DNA of 63,590 bases, the filler included. It is 15 parts of 15 records of this genome, joined end to end, with 100 filler letters (N's around TTAATTAATTAA, not from the genome) between each part and the next. Parts side by side here need not be neighbours in the genome. Positions count along the whole stretch, not along the records: positions 1 to 3,324 come from SRR15195285_8359; positions 3,425 to 7,597 come from SRR15195285_8364; positions 7,698 to 10,705 come from SRR15195285_8369; positions 10,806 to 13,810 come from SRR15195285_8372; 11 more parts are not named here. One strand, given 5' to 3'. This document shows, in pieces, positions 1-11,014 of this stretch. Under the pieces are notes generated by a model, which had not been told where the DNA came from, did not search any database, and saw only the letters and a program-made list of their open reading frames with translations. Every line of letters begins with the position of its first letter. The first letter of the stretch is position 1. Both the position numbers and the translations under genes were made by a program.

Positions 1-890
1 TGATTCTCACGACCGCTGGCGCAACCTTCTCTGGAGGCGCAGAGCTAGTAGTGACAGACGAGCTGCGCTCAGTCCCAGCGACGACCTACGGCACCTCGAA
101 GCGGATGGCGGAGTTGCTCTTGAACGATTACTCTCGCAAGGGCTTCATCGACGGAAGAGCGGGGAGGCTCAGCAGCGTCATTGTCCGAGCTGGCTCACCG
201 AACGCTGCAACTACCGGAGCGTACTCGTCCGTAGTTAGGGAACCGCTCTCCGGTGCGAATTGATCCGCCATCATTCATTTGCAGTGATGATTGAGATGCT
301 ACGGCATACATGTAATCCCGCGCGCCTTTCAGTCCACTCTTCGACTTTTGACGTCGGCACACGTTGGTGGCAGGGGTGGACATTGAACTCCCGATTGCTG
401 ACAACGTGGGTCACGCGGTGTGTGGCCACCGCGGCGTCGTGACCAATCTTCTGCTGTTGCATGAAGCAACGCCAGAGAAGATGTCAGAATTCGGACTAGA
501 GCGATGCACCAACATGCCCTCTCGTGAAGTCACACTCGGTGAGCTTGCGACTGCAATGAAGGAGATCGCTGCTGACGCTGCTGGGTCTCTCGGGAACATT
601 TCGTACAGCGTGGATGAGGAGTTGTCTGCGATCGTTGACGGCTTTCCAAAGAAAATTGATTCCTCTCGTGGGTGAGTGGCTTGATCCTCGTTGGTAGCAC
701 CTGAGTCTTGCGGCACGCGCGGTGCACACATTCTGAGTCTATAGTTTGGCGACCTGACAGGGAGCAGCTGCTCGGCATGCTGCCGTGCGACGACGTGAAG
801 TCACTGATCCGCCAGTACATGGAAGACTTTCCGGCAGCTTTAGTAGAGGAGCTACAGGTAGTCGGCGCAGAGGTCGGAGCGAGATTGTGA
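1..890 (+). CDS. NAD-dependent epimerase/dehydratase (extended SDR), D-erythronate dehydrogenase DenD-like; 5'-partial, 3 exons
   Basis: YGTSK catalytic motif, then ELLLNDYSRKGFIDGR..RL and NAA...SSVVREPL typical of DenD/YgbK-type SDRs. GT-AG introns 253-373 and 672-760 join ORFs 51-263, 364-675 and 708-890 in frame. Ends ...VGARL*. Confidence 0.8.
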
Positions 891-1100
891 GTAGTGCTGA
901 GAACGAACGCCAACACGTTGAAGTTGGAACCTTTGTTTGGAATTGTTGTACATGGAACGACTGTTTGGAATCACCAACACCAACAATGGAAATCCGCCAC
1001 CTTTGACTGAGCGATAAAGGAACAGTGTCAACAGAGGCAGAACGTGGGGGAAATCCGATATCCAATCTCATGAGATTTTAGCTACTTCTGCGACTTAACA

Positions 1101-2726
1101 CTACTGCACCCCGGAGCGACGGGCTTCCGCGTTTTTCTTTTGCAGCGCTGCTGCTCGATCGAAGTCGACATAGTTGATGATGATGCAGGACAGTACGTTC
1201 CACACCGCTCCGAACGCCATTACGGCGATGTAACCGTACTTCGAGTACCGATAAGTCAGCAAAGATTCGCCAGCCCCCACAGGCCCGCCACCGCCCAGCC
1301 CGTCCTCCATCTGGCCAAAGAAGTACAGTGCCAGGCCACCTGTAATCGGCCCGACCGTCGTACCAACGAAGGCTGACACGCCCCATACGCCCAGAAACTT
1401 CGCAGCCTCCTGTTTGTCCGGCAGCGTGTCGATCGCGATCGCGAAGTCCACGGCAACGAAGCAGCCGTTGCACACGCCCCACACGAAGCCGAGCGTCATG
1501 ACCAGAGTTTCGCCTGAAAAGAATGGCATGAAGAGGTAGATTGCGCCCATGCCTAAACATGCCATGTAGACGAGCGGTTTGCGGCCCCAAGCGTCGGAGG
1601 CGAGGCCGGACGGATACGCGGAAATTGCGGACCCGGCCTGCGCGTATACTGCGATCAGTGCAGTCTTTGCCATAAAATCCTGAATGCGCCCGTTACCGTG
1701 GGCGTCGGCCACACAGTCTTTATCGTAGGGCGGGCCGCAGATCACCAGATCTCTGAAGAAGTACTGCAGGAAGGCCATCGTTGAGATACCGCAGTAGTAC
1801 ATCGTGCGCGACATGGTTACGATGAAAAAGTCCTTGTGGAGCGTCGGCGAAACGAAGAAGCACTTCCAGATGTCGTCGCACATGACCGGCGGCAAGCGGT
1901 CTTTCGTGATGGGGTTGCGTGTTTCCTTGGCAGCTGCGATCGTGACGAATGTCGTGATGGCGATGACCGGAATGTAGTAGTAGTACATCGAGCCAATCGC
2001 ATCTTGCACTGGAATATCAACAGGTAGGAAGTGCAGAGCCCCCTCCTTCCCGTCAAGATCTGTCGTGCGGCCAAAGCCGCCGTCTAGCGTTCGGAAGACA
2101 AGGAAACCGATCAACGAGCCGAGGAGCATGAGGACCGCCATGACCCCGTTGGCCTGGCCAGTCTGGTCAGACGGCACCATATCGCTGATGAGCGATCCAA
2201 GCGTCTGGTTCTGAACGTTGAACGCGGCCATCGCGACCAGAAACGCCAGAATATACAGCACCTCGCCCCACATGTGCTTACCAGTCTTCCCGCCGAAGAG
2301 CGACGAGCTGTCATCCGCGCTAAGGCTGCCGTCGCCGTCGCCGCTGCCCATGCTGCCCATGCTCCCGTCATCGTCATGCGGGTGGAACATCCCGTGGCCG
2401 ATCCACATGCACAACAGTGCAGGGATCGTGAACACTGTCCCCGCGAGCAGGTACGGGCGGCGGCGCCCCCAGGACGACTGGCACCGGTCACTGTAATAGC
2501 CCGCGAGTGGCCCCGAGAACTGCGAGATGCCGCTCACGAAGAGAAGGAATGTCATCATGATCGCGTTGTTCGCCGGCTCCATGTACCCCGCCTCGGCGGG
2601 CAGCATGATCAGGCCGAAGTTCGAGATGAGCTCGCCGTACGCAAACCCAAAGGCGAGCAAGCCGAACATCGCGCATACTGGGAAGGGCTTCGCCTTCCCC
2701 TCCTGCAGGAGCAGCCCCTCCTCCAT
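1101..2726 (-). CDS. MFS transporter, SLC45/SUC (sucrose-H+ symporter-like) family
   Basis: 541-aa single-exon ORF, about 12 hydrophobic segments, GYYSDRCQSSWGRRRPY and GLASDAWGRKP loop motifs, ISDMVP and AIDTLP motifs. Confidence 0.85.
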   Translation of the reverse strand: MEEGLLLQEGKAKPFPVCAMFGLLAFGFAYGELISNFGLIMLPAEAGYMEPANNAIMMTFLLFVSGISQFSGPLAGYYSDRCQSSWGRRRPYLLAGTVFTIPALLCMWIGHGMFHPHDDDGSMGSMGSGDGDGSLSADDSSSLFGGKTGKHMWGEVLYILAFLVAMAAFNVQNQTLGSLISDMVPSDQTGQANGVMAVLMLLGSLIGFLVFRTLDGGFGRTTDLDGKEGALHFLPVDIPVQDAIGSMYYYYIPVIAITTFVTIAAAKETRNPITKDRLPPVMCDDIWKCFFVSPTLHKDFFIVTMSRTMYYCGISTMAFLQYFFRDLVICGPPYDKDCVADAHGNGRIQDFMAKTALIAVYAQAGSAISAYPSGLASDAWGRKPLVYMACLGMGAIYLFMPFFSGETLVMTLGFVWGVCNGCFVAVDFAIAIDTLPDKQEAAKFLGVWGVSAFVGTTVGPITGGLALYFFGQMEDGLGGGGPVGAGESLLTYRYSKYGYIAVMAFGAVWNVLSCIIINYVDFDRAAALQKKNAEARRSGVQ

Positions 2727-2994
2727 CCCCGCAGTCAGCGCTCACGCAATCACTGCGGCCACCGCCGCCACCTCCGATCCCCTTGGCCGTGACGGAGCGA
2801 AGCACAGTGGAAAAACCAGCCCTACCCCCTCCCTCCCTCACCCTCACCCTTTGCCACCCTCACCCACCACCTCCTCCAGCCGTTACAACGGTCTCGATTC
2901 AAAAATTCAAAAATCAGGCGACCACCAGGGGCAATTTCAGGGCCTTCCCGTCCCACGTCAACAGCACCTTCACGGGCTGGCTCAGAATTCAGTC

Positions 2995-3091
2995 CACTGA
3001 CGGAGTCACAAACTACCCAAATTCCTTAGTGATCTTCGGAAAAATGTAGCGACTCGAGGTGGGAAACGGGAGTGAACTGCATTTCTCAGTG
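2995..3091. repeat. Candidate short dispersed repeat with CACTGA...TCAGTG inverted termini
   Basis: 6-bp inverted ends. Its right end CTGCATTTCTCAGTGA (3077-3092) recurs exactly at 20526-20541 on another contig. No clear target-site duplication. Confidence 0.35.
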
Positions 3092-3324
3092 ATCTTTCTT
3101 GTTTTCCAACCGACATGCCGGCGGCGGCTCAGCACCTCACGATCCGATCCACATTCGACCGTCGTCATTCTCACGACTGACTCATCATTGTCATTCGTCA
3201 TTGCGACACTGCCCGGGAGCTGCCGGTGAGCTGATGAGAATTTCAGATCAGGCAGGATTTGGAATCGCAAATCCTGCCATCAATTAACTAAACAAATATG
3301 TCCTCTAAACAAAACACTCGCCGC

Positions 3325-3424
3325 NNNNNNNNNNNNNNNNNNNNNNNNNNNNNNNNNNNNNNNNNNNNTTAATTAATTAANNNNNNNNNNNNNNNNNNNN
3401 NNNNNNNNNNNNNNNNNNNNNNNN
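3325..3424. other. Artificial contig-joining spacer (N44-TTAATTAATTAA-N44); 14 copies in the window
   Basis: Same 100-nt linker with all-frame stops starting at 3325, 7598, 10706, 13811, 16936, 20411, 26398, 32347, 37094, 42100, 45228, 49792, 56857 and 60126. Confidence 0.98.
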
Positions 3425-3955
3425 GCCGTCTCCATCGAATCGATAGGAGCCGCGGCGGCCGCACCCAAAGCGGCAGCCTAGAAGCCATAGCGACTACGAA
3501 TTCGTACTGTACGACTGCATGGCGATCCGCATATAGATGGCGGAATCGACCAGGGTGAATAAATGACCACCTGTCTCGTCCGTGGGTCTAGCCCCCTCCA
3601 ACGTAAGACCAAAGGCCTGACATACTCGGTACGTAGACTCACAGCCCATGTCACAATCATGGTCACAATCAACGCAAACACACACAATCTGGGCACTGCG
3701 AGCGCTGACAGACTAACCTTCTTCGGCTCCATCGATATTTGAGTATAGGAATTCCTATGCGCGACGCAGCGCGAGTGTGGTTCGATTCGCGTTTTATTTG
3801 ACGGGGCCCAGGGGGCCGGAATGGGGGATTGACGGCAGAAATTCGACGCCACACAAGAGAGCTGAACAGCGGCAGGACGGATCAACTGGTTGAAAAGTAC
3901 CTCCAGGATGGTAGAGGCTACTGACTGGCCAGTCTGAGCGTTACGTCTACTGTAT

Positions 3956-5086
3956 ATGCCGGTCCAGTGCGCGGCTGGGTGCCGCCTCATGCAGGGTGTC
4001 GTGGGCCTGACGCTGTTCACGCCCTTGGCCCTCGCGGTGCGCCGGTGGCTGCCGGCAACAGTGGTGGCGCATGGTGCGATGGTCTTCGCGCAGGTGATCT
4101 TCGGTGCTGGCACTGTATTAGTAGGTGGAGATATGGCAGCACATCCGATAGACCCCGTAGTGTTTGCGCTGATACGGGAGGCCCTGGCTGGGCTCGTCCT
4201 AGGCATCGCGGCCGCGGCCTTGGAACGCACGCTGCCGGAGCGACGAGACCTTCCAAGGGTTTTCGCCTGTGGGGTCGCGGTCTGGGCAACCAATCTGCTC
4301 TTTATCTTCGGTGTGCAGATGGTGTCGAAGGCAAACGCTGCCGCCGTAGGGACGCTTATGCAGCCGTGTCTGCCGATCGTTGCCACGCTGCTCTCCATCA
4401 TGCTGGGTTATGAGAGATCGACACCCAGCAAGATAGGTGGGATTGGAGTGGCTATCCTCGGTTCAACAATCGTTGTCGCGTTGGGGGAGTTTGAGAACGA
4501 TTCGGCACCATCGACTGGTGGCGTCACCGACAAGGCGCTGCTGACGCACGGGACGCTGACACTGCTGGCCCAAGCTTTCACGAACGCTAGTTATATTTTG
4601 CTCCAGCGTAAGCTGTTGCAGCCGCCGCGGAACTTCCCGGTGCTGACTTTGACCGCTTGCGGCTTCTTAGTGGCTGCCGTGTGCATGCTAATGTTCAGCA
4701 CCATCACGCCAGGTTGGAATTCGTCTACTGATGAAGGAGGCTGGAACCTTCCCGAGGAAGCATGGCTGCCGATCGCGTACTGGGTGTTCGCGGGAAGCTG
4801 CGTTGGCTACAGCTGCAACAGCTTCGCGAACACGGTGTTGTTCCCGAGCATCCTGACTGCATATCAGTGCCTGCAGCCTCTGGTTGGCGTGGTCTTTGCC
4901 TTTCTCTTGCTGGACGAACCGTTGGCGTGGCGAGATGCAGCCGGACTGCTCATTATTGCTGGCTTGTTTGTCACTAGTTTCGGTGCCAGGAAGGAGGACG
5001 CGTTGTTACACCGAGCAGAGGATTCCCGTGACTCGAACTCGAGTGACGAGCCGCTTCTGGAACATGAAGTGTCAACAGCTCCATGA
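3956..5086 (+). CDS. EamA/DMT-superfamily transporter (WAT1-related/nodulin MtN21-like); start uncertain
   Basis: About 10 TM segments in two EamA halves; IDPVVFALIREALAG, MQPCLPIVATLLSIMLGYE..KIGG and AYQCLQPLVG motifs; acidic dileucine tail (DEPLL). Confidence 0.85.
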   Translation: MPVQCAAGCRLMQGVVGLTLFTPLALAVRRWLPATVVAHGAMVFAQVIFGAGTVLVGGDMAAHPIDPVVFALIREALAGLVLGIAAAALERTLPERRDLPRVFACGVAVWATNLLFIFGVQMVSKANAAAVGTLMQPCLPIVATLLSIMLGYERSTPSKIGGIGVAILGSTIVVALGEFENDSAPSTGGVTDKALLTHGTLTLLAQAFTNASYILLQRKLLQPPRNFPVLTLTACGFLVAAVCMLMFSTITPGWNSSTDEGGWNLPEEAWLPIAYWVFAGSCVGYSCNSFANTVLFPSILTAYQCLQPLVGVVFAFLLLDEPLAWRDAAGLLIIAGLFVTSFGARKEDALLHRAEDSRDSNSSDEPLLEHEVSTAP

Positions 5087-5329
5087 TCACGTCCAGTTTC
5101 ATTGAATGCACATTTTCTGACCTACTGACCATAGACGGCGTACTGCAACAGAGCTGTAGTACGCAGCTGCTGTGACGTGCACACGTGTGTTTTGTCGCCC
5201 TAAACGATCGCTTGGCTGGCACATGCAGTAAACTCAGTGTTAGTTGCGGCCGATGGTGACGGCAGCCAGCCTCTTGTGCCTGCGCGCGTGCTCCCCAATA
5301 TCAAAGACTCCGAATCGATTGCCGGCCGC

Positions 5330-5682
5330 TCAGCCTCGTTGGATTTTCGTTCGCGAACGCACATCATCACAATGCAACCTGTCCGAATCGCAGGATGGTA
5401 TCAGCAGTAGCCGAGGCACTGGGAATGGAAACGTTGAACCGTCACATAAAGCAGTGCTCGGACGATTACAGCCGCAGAAGACGCTGATTAGTACCAGCAA
5501 CAACCCCAACCACCAGCCATTCCAGCCTTTCGACGGTCCATCTTTGCAGCGCTCACCACTGAAACCTGTGCCGCACTTGCACGCCAACCCGTATGGGAAT
5601 GAAACTGAGACGGGCACTGGCACACACTCGCCACCGTGACCACATGGATGTGCAGTGCAGACACTCGGCCCTGGCCCTGGCT
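5330..5682 (-). CDS. Exon of a small EGF-domain single-pass membrane protein (gene model incomplete)
   Basis: Reads PGPGPSVCTAHPCGHGGECVPVPVSVSFPYGLACKCGTGFSGERCKDG (six-Cys EGF pattern) followed by hydrophobic WWLGLLLVLISVFCG. I could not resolve the start or upstream exon. Confidence 0.5.
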
Positions 5683-5917
5683 CTGAGTGTTGAGTGACGT
5701 GACAGTGGGACGGATATCCGTGTCGTAAAAAACAGGTTCACGATTGTAGTGGTGCGTGGAGGAACGCTCGGCGAAGACCAACCGCGCGCGCGCGCGCACG
5801 CTAGGGGTGGGTGATGGTGGCCACAGTGGTGGTAGGTTGCAAACACCACCCAATAAACAGATGCATTGACGATGATGCCTGTGGAGACCCCGAAAATAAG
5901 GCCATGCAACTGAGAGG

Positions 5918-6047
5918 CTCTGTTTGCAGTTCTCAGGCAGCGTGCAGCCCGCGGGATGCTAAAAGTCCTCTACTCATTGCACAGCAATGGTGAAGATTGA
6001 TCCCGCGGTGAGCTACACGCCGCCGTCATTGACTGCGCAAAACAGAG
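5918..6047 (-). promoter_or_regulatory. SECIS-like element in the 3'UTR of the ADP-ribosylglycohydrolase gene
   Basis: Helix I CTCTGTTT/AAACAGAG plus GCAGT/ACTGC. Core ATGAC (6029-6025) opposite TGAG (5935-5932). Helix II GGCGGCGTGTAGCTC/GGGCTGCACGCTGCC fully paired (with G-U). Then GCGGGAT/ATCCCGC. Starts about 45 nt after the TAA stop. Confidence 0.8.
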
Positions 6048-6091
6048 GCGACACCGCAAGCCGACGTCTCGCACAGACAAACCCGAGCTGC

Positions 6092-7183
6092 TTAGAGCTC
6101 TGATTTCTGCATCGCACCCTCCAGCCCCTTGATGTATCGTTCGATCTCCATCTCGATCGCGTCGTGGTTGTGGAGGCCTGTCTTCAGATGTGTGGGGATC
6201 GCGGCCATGCCACCCGCCGCACCATAAAGCGCGCCTAAGGTCGCTCCCCTGGCGACGTTCTCGCCACCTGCGTTGGTGGACGCAAGGAGTCCCTCCTCCA
6301 TCCGGTCGTACTTGTACGCGAAGTACATAAGCGCCGGGAAGGAGGAGGGCAGATATCATGCAACCATGGGAGCTCGACCACGCGCCGCCTGGGCAATGTC
6401 CAAGCCGACAGACGCTGCTGCCGTGGCGACCGTCTCCTTCAGATCGCCCCCGGACGCAACGCCCGTCAGCATGGCTGCATACACCTGCGCGTACTGAGGC
6501 AGAGCGTCGGAGCGCCGCAGCAGCGTGACCGCAGCAGCCGCGGAGGCATTCACCTTTTCCTCTCCGCCCACTGCTGCCGCCGCGAAAATCACGGCCGGCA
6601 GGTTTACCAGCCCGTCGATAGTGTCAACGTTGTGCTGGTCGTTGTCGGGGCACTCGTCCAGAGGCTTGCCGTTCTCGCGATTGGCGAAAAACATCCGGTG
6701 GCACGTGCCTGCATAGGTGTCGTTGTGCGAGTCAGGTGTTGTCATCAGTCGAATGTAGCGATCCCGCACGTCCTCGCGGTTGAACTCCATGTTGCTGTCC
6801 GACAGCGACGCCATGAAGCACTCTCGAGTGATCGTAAGCTCAAGCGTGTTCTCGCCGGCCTGCATTCCGCGGTGGTAGTGATAATTGCCGCCTCTGGCCC
6901 AGTACTTGCGCTTGCCGTGCAGGATCACGTCGCCCACGATCGTTCCGGCGTTTGAGCCGCGCCCGCCGCCGCCGGTGTTGCTGAGCGACATGATCGACCC
7001 CGGGAGCTTCTCCTTTGGTGCCTCGTACTTCGTAATGGAGCCGAAATCGCGCGCCAGCTGGTCCAGGCTGTAGTACCAGTGCACCGGCATGGCAAGCGCA
7101 TCGCCGATATGCATACCCCAAAGCGCCGCACGGACGCGGTCGAGGTCGAGCGCCACAGCGCCCGGTGCCCCGCCGGAGGCCAT
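6092..7183 (-). CDS. ADP-ribosylglycohydrolase/crystallin J1 family protein; predicted selenoprotein (in-frame TGA at 6356-6358)
   Basis: GDALAMPVHWYY, GENTL and NAGGENVARGATLGALYGA family motifs. ORFs 6356-7252 and 6092-6328 share a frame and are separated only by a TGA (PMVA*YLPSSFPALMYFAYKY), with no intron needed. First in-frame ATG is at 7183. Confidence 0.88.
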
Positions 7184-7764
7184 CGCCAGCGTCGCCAGCC
7201 GACGCGCCACGGAACCGTGCGTCCGAAGAATGGTCGCCGAGGCTGGCGCCACCCACCTCGTGATGTGCCACCGCGACTAGCACGAGGTACGCGCGGGGTA
7301 TATCGAGGATCCTATATGGGTTGCTCGCGCGCGCGCGTGCGCCTCCCGCGCGCACGCGACCGTCCGCGCCTCGTGGCGGTGCTACCTGCTATGATACAAT
7401 ACTAAATTGTCTACTAGTATAATCCGTATCCCTGGATTTAGTGCGGACTACAACTTACCGTACTCTTCATGAGTTCTAGCTAGACGAGAGTACGTGTGGT
7501 CAGGAGCGCACCGCATCGCATCGGCTGGCGAGGTGCTGAATCTGGTTCCCTAATCTCAAATCTGGGACCAGCGCACCTACGATATAGCCCGAAATCANNN
7601 NNNNNNNNNNNNNNNNNNNNNNNNNNNNNNNNNNNNNNNNNTTAATTAATTAANNNNNNNNNNNNNNNNNNNNNNNNNNNNNNNNNNNNNNNNNNNNGGC
7701 CGGCTGGATCGAGCTGGTGGGTTCGGTTTCACGGTGGTGGGGGCTCTGCAGCGGGGTGGTTGTG

Positions 7765-10323
7765 ATGGTGCGGGGGGTGGCGGCGGCGGTGTGCTGCGTG
7801 GCAGTCGCGGTGCTGGGCGTGGTGGTGCGACCCGTGTCGAGCAGCGAGGCGGAGCAGCATGACTACTGCATCATTGGTGGCGGGCTGGCGGGTGTGCAAC
7901 TAGGTTACTTTTTTGAGCAGGCGGGGCGCGATTACGTGATTCTCGAACGCGGCGCAGCAGCCGGCAGCTTCTTCCGGCAGTTCCCGCGACATCGCAACTT
8001 GATCTCGATAAACAAGCGGCACACGGGTCGCGGCGGCTCCGCGCTGGCGCTTGAGCACAACCTGCGCCACGACTGGCACTCGTTGCTCACAAGCGTGGAA
8101 TCTGGTGGTGTGGAGGAGGACACGCTCTTCCACAAGCTGACCGATGAGTTCTACCCGCACGCTGACAAGCTCGCCGACTACGCTGAAATGTGGGCTGAAC
8201 GATGGGCGCTGAACATCCGCACAGGAGCGGAGGTCACGGCAGTGCGCCAGTCCCAGCCGCACGGATTTGAGCTGAGCGTCGGCGGAAGCGCCGCATCGCA
8301 ACTCTCTTGCCGTTGGGTTGTAGTGGCATCCGGGCTGTCTACCCCGAACGTGCCAGATATACCTGGACTAGAGGAGAATTCTGTATCCTACAATGATATG
8401 CCCACGGCACGTGGTTTCTACGCAAACAAAACTGTAGCGATCATTGGCGCAGGTAATGCAGGCTTCGAAACCTTCAAGGCGGTAATGGCTGACGCGGCGT
8501 ACGTGCACATCCACGGTCCATCGCATATCCGCATGGCATGGGAGACTCACTATGTCGGCGACCTCCGGAGCGTGAACGTCGTACCGTGCGTTCCTGCAGT
8601 CTTGTGTAGTCTGAGCGATAGCCGCCGCGTCCGCGTATGCTCGTGCTGCAATACTGCTCTTTCAGCTGCTCATGCTGCGGAGGTTTGGTCTGTTGCAATA
8701 GGGTGGACAACTACCAGCTAAAATCCCAGGACATTCTACACCTACCGAGCCCAGTCGGTCTGACGAAAGAGACCACGGTAGTTGGCATCGAGACCATGCC
8801 AGATGGAAAGGAAGCGGTGTGCATGAAAGACGTGAACCACGACAAGATGGTCCAGTGGCTGCATAAAGACGAGATTCCACCGCATTTGAGGGGTGTTCAG
8901 ACGGGCCACTCGTTGACATTTGAGGAGCGGTTCCGCAATGTGGATCGCTACTGCTACGATGTCATCATCCGCTGCACTGGTTTCCGCTTCGACACAAGCA
9001 TCTTCGAGTTTCCTATTGCAACCGACGGCGGGCGCACCGGGAAAAAGTACCCGCAGCTCACTGCAGAGTACGAGTCTACATCAGCAACGGGCCTCTACGC
9101 AGCAGGGACGCTCGCGCACATACGTGACTTTCGGCGTTCGTCTGGTGGGTTTATCCATGGCTTCCGGTACACAGCCAGGGCGCTCTTCAAGCTGCTTGAA
9201 CAGAAGAACCATGGCGTGCCGTGGCCACGAGTCGAGGTGGTGCTGGATGAGCGAAGTGAAGAGAGTGCAAATAGCGGGTGGTTTGACAGCGACCAAGCAC
9301 ACCCAACGCAGACTCTGACGGAGAAATTGACCGACCGCATGGACAGCTCGTCTGGTCTGTATCAGATGTTCAACGAGCTGTGCGACTTGGTGATAATGCC
9401 ACGCGCACGCACGCGATACGAAGCGACAGTGAGTGGGGACGCCCTGAAAGCCGAGTACCTGGAAGAGGTGCCTATCGATCTTGTATCTACGTTCGTAGAC
9501 GCAGACCGTGAGTACGTATTGCTGACGATGGAGTACGGCCCTGATTTTCACGGTCACGAGCGTGGTACGTGCTGCAATGGCTCATTGTCTCTTTGCTTGT
9601 CATGGATGAAACTGGCTAAATCCTGCTCACCACTTGATGGCAACCGTCTCGTGTGCGTTGCAGTTCTGAGGCAGGAGAGAGTGTTCCACAACTTTGATCC
9701 AGCGAAAGCCCACAAGTCGCAGTTCCTTCACCCGATCTTGCGGTACTATGCACCCGACGTGCAATCCAGTGCCGAAGGCGGCGAGACGGCGGCTCATCAT
9801 GTCCTCGAGTGCGCACAAGCGAGCATGCCGCCCCTACTCGTGCTCTTTCTGTGTCTTTGGGTGACCAGACCGTTGCGGCTTGTACTGAACCCTTTTTGTT
9901 TCGTGGCTGTTGTCTGGCAGGGATACGTACACAAACTTTAGCAACCCAGTTTTGCACGTCGCGCCGATGGCGAAGTTCCTTGAGCGTTTCCGTCGGCAAC
10001 CCTTGTTACATGCAGACCAGCCGCTGCCAACGCGGTGGGCAGAGGTCGCCCCGAGGCAGCAGCTGGCTGCTGACTTCCAGCCTGGGACGACGAAGACCAG
10101 AAAGCATCACAGAGGAAAGAGCACAGATTGGCAGACGGCGAAGAGTGGCAAGCCAAGCTCGACGAGCGAGACCAACGAGAGCAGCCAGGCGCATCGACCA
10201 AGCCCTGAGAGTCTAAAGGCGCGCGAATTGAAGGACCTGCTACGGGACCGCAATCTGGACACGCGAGGCACGAAGGCTCAGCTAGTGAGCCGACTTGAGG
10301 CGGCTTACAAACTCGAGCTGTAA
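7765..10323 (+). CDS. FOXRED2: FAD-dependent oxidoreductase domain-containing protein 2 homolog with C-terminal SAP domain; 4 exons
   Basis: Signal peptide, DYCIIGGGLAG FAD motif, FPRHRNLISINKRHTG..NLRHDWHSLL, ETHYVGDLRSVN, DNYQLKSQD, SGGFIHGFRYTARAL. SAP consensus LKARELKDLLRDRNLDTRGTKAQLVSRL. Ends KLEL. Confidence 0.88.
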
Positions 10324-11014
10324 CCTGCGGGGTGAGCTGGGCCCATGAGAAAAAGAATGGCTCTTGCGCTCTGATATTGATGCGTCTAGCCCAGCTGGAC
10401 TAGTCTACATGATCAAGGGCACTCCGCAGAGTTTGAATATTGACAGCTCCATTTGCTTATGATTCTGCTTGTGACCAGCCAGACCTATCATAACCATCAG
10501 TTGCTTTTGTCTTTCTTCTTCCCACGTTCGCGGAGTTTCTGCTCAAAGTATCGCCACAGCACGCTGAAAAGCATCGCGGAGAATCCGTTGGAAAGAATCT
10601 TGGTACCAAGACCGCGACCAAGCAGTCCCCACACACCATCGCTCTGGATGACTGGTCAACAAAGCGAGCCATACACAGTGGCAGCAGCAGCAGCAGCAGC
10701 AGCAGNNNNNNNNNNNNNNNNNNNNNNNNNNNNNNNNNNNNNNNNNNNNTTAATTAATTAANNNNNNNNNNNNNNNNNNNNNNNNNNNNNNNNNNNNNNN
10801 NNNNNGTCTGTCTGTCCGTCTGTCTGTCTGTCTGTGTCCCCGATGCATCATGTGTGTGGTTGTATACATGTGGAGCCATGTCAGAGTGGCGGGAGTCTGT
10901 CTCGGGAGACTGTCTCACAACCTGTGGTTTGACGCCGTAGAGATCACAGGACGGATCAACTGGACGCCGTCTGATTGGTGCGGCTGATCCTCTCTCGTGC
11001 ACCACGCGCTCGCG

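Noticed and set aside
3478-4401. Long antisense or overlapping ORFs (e.g. 3478-4401, 20633-21814, 37422-38354, 62244-63155)
   Set aside because: Shadow ORFs of GC-rich coding sequence with no recognisable motifs.
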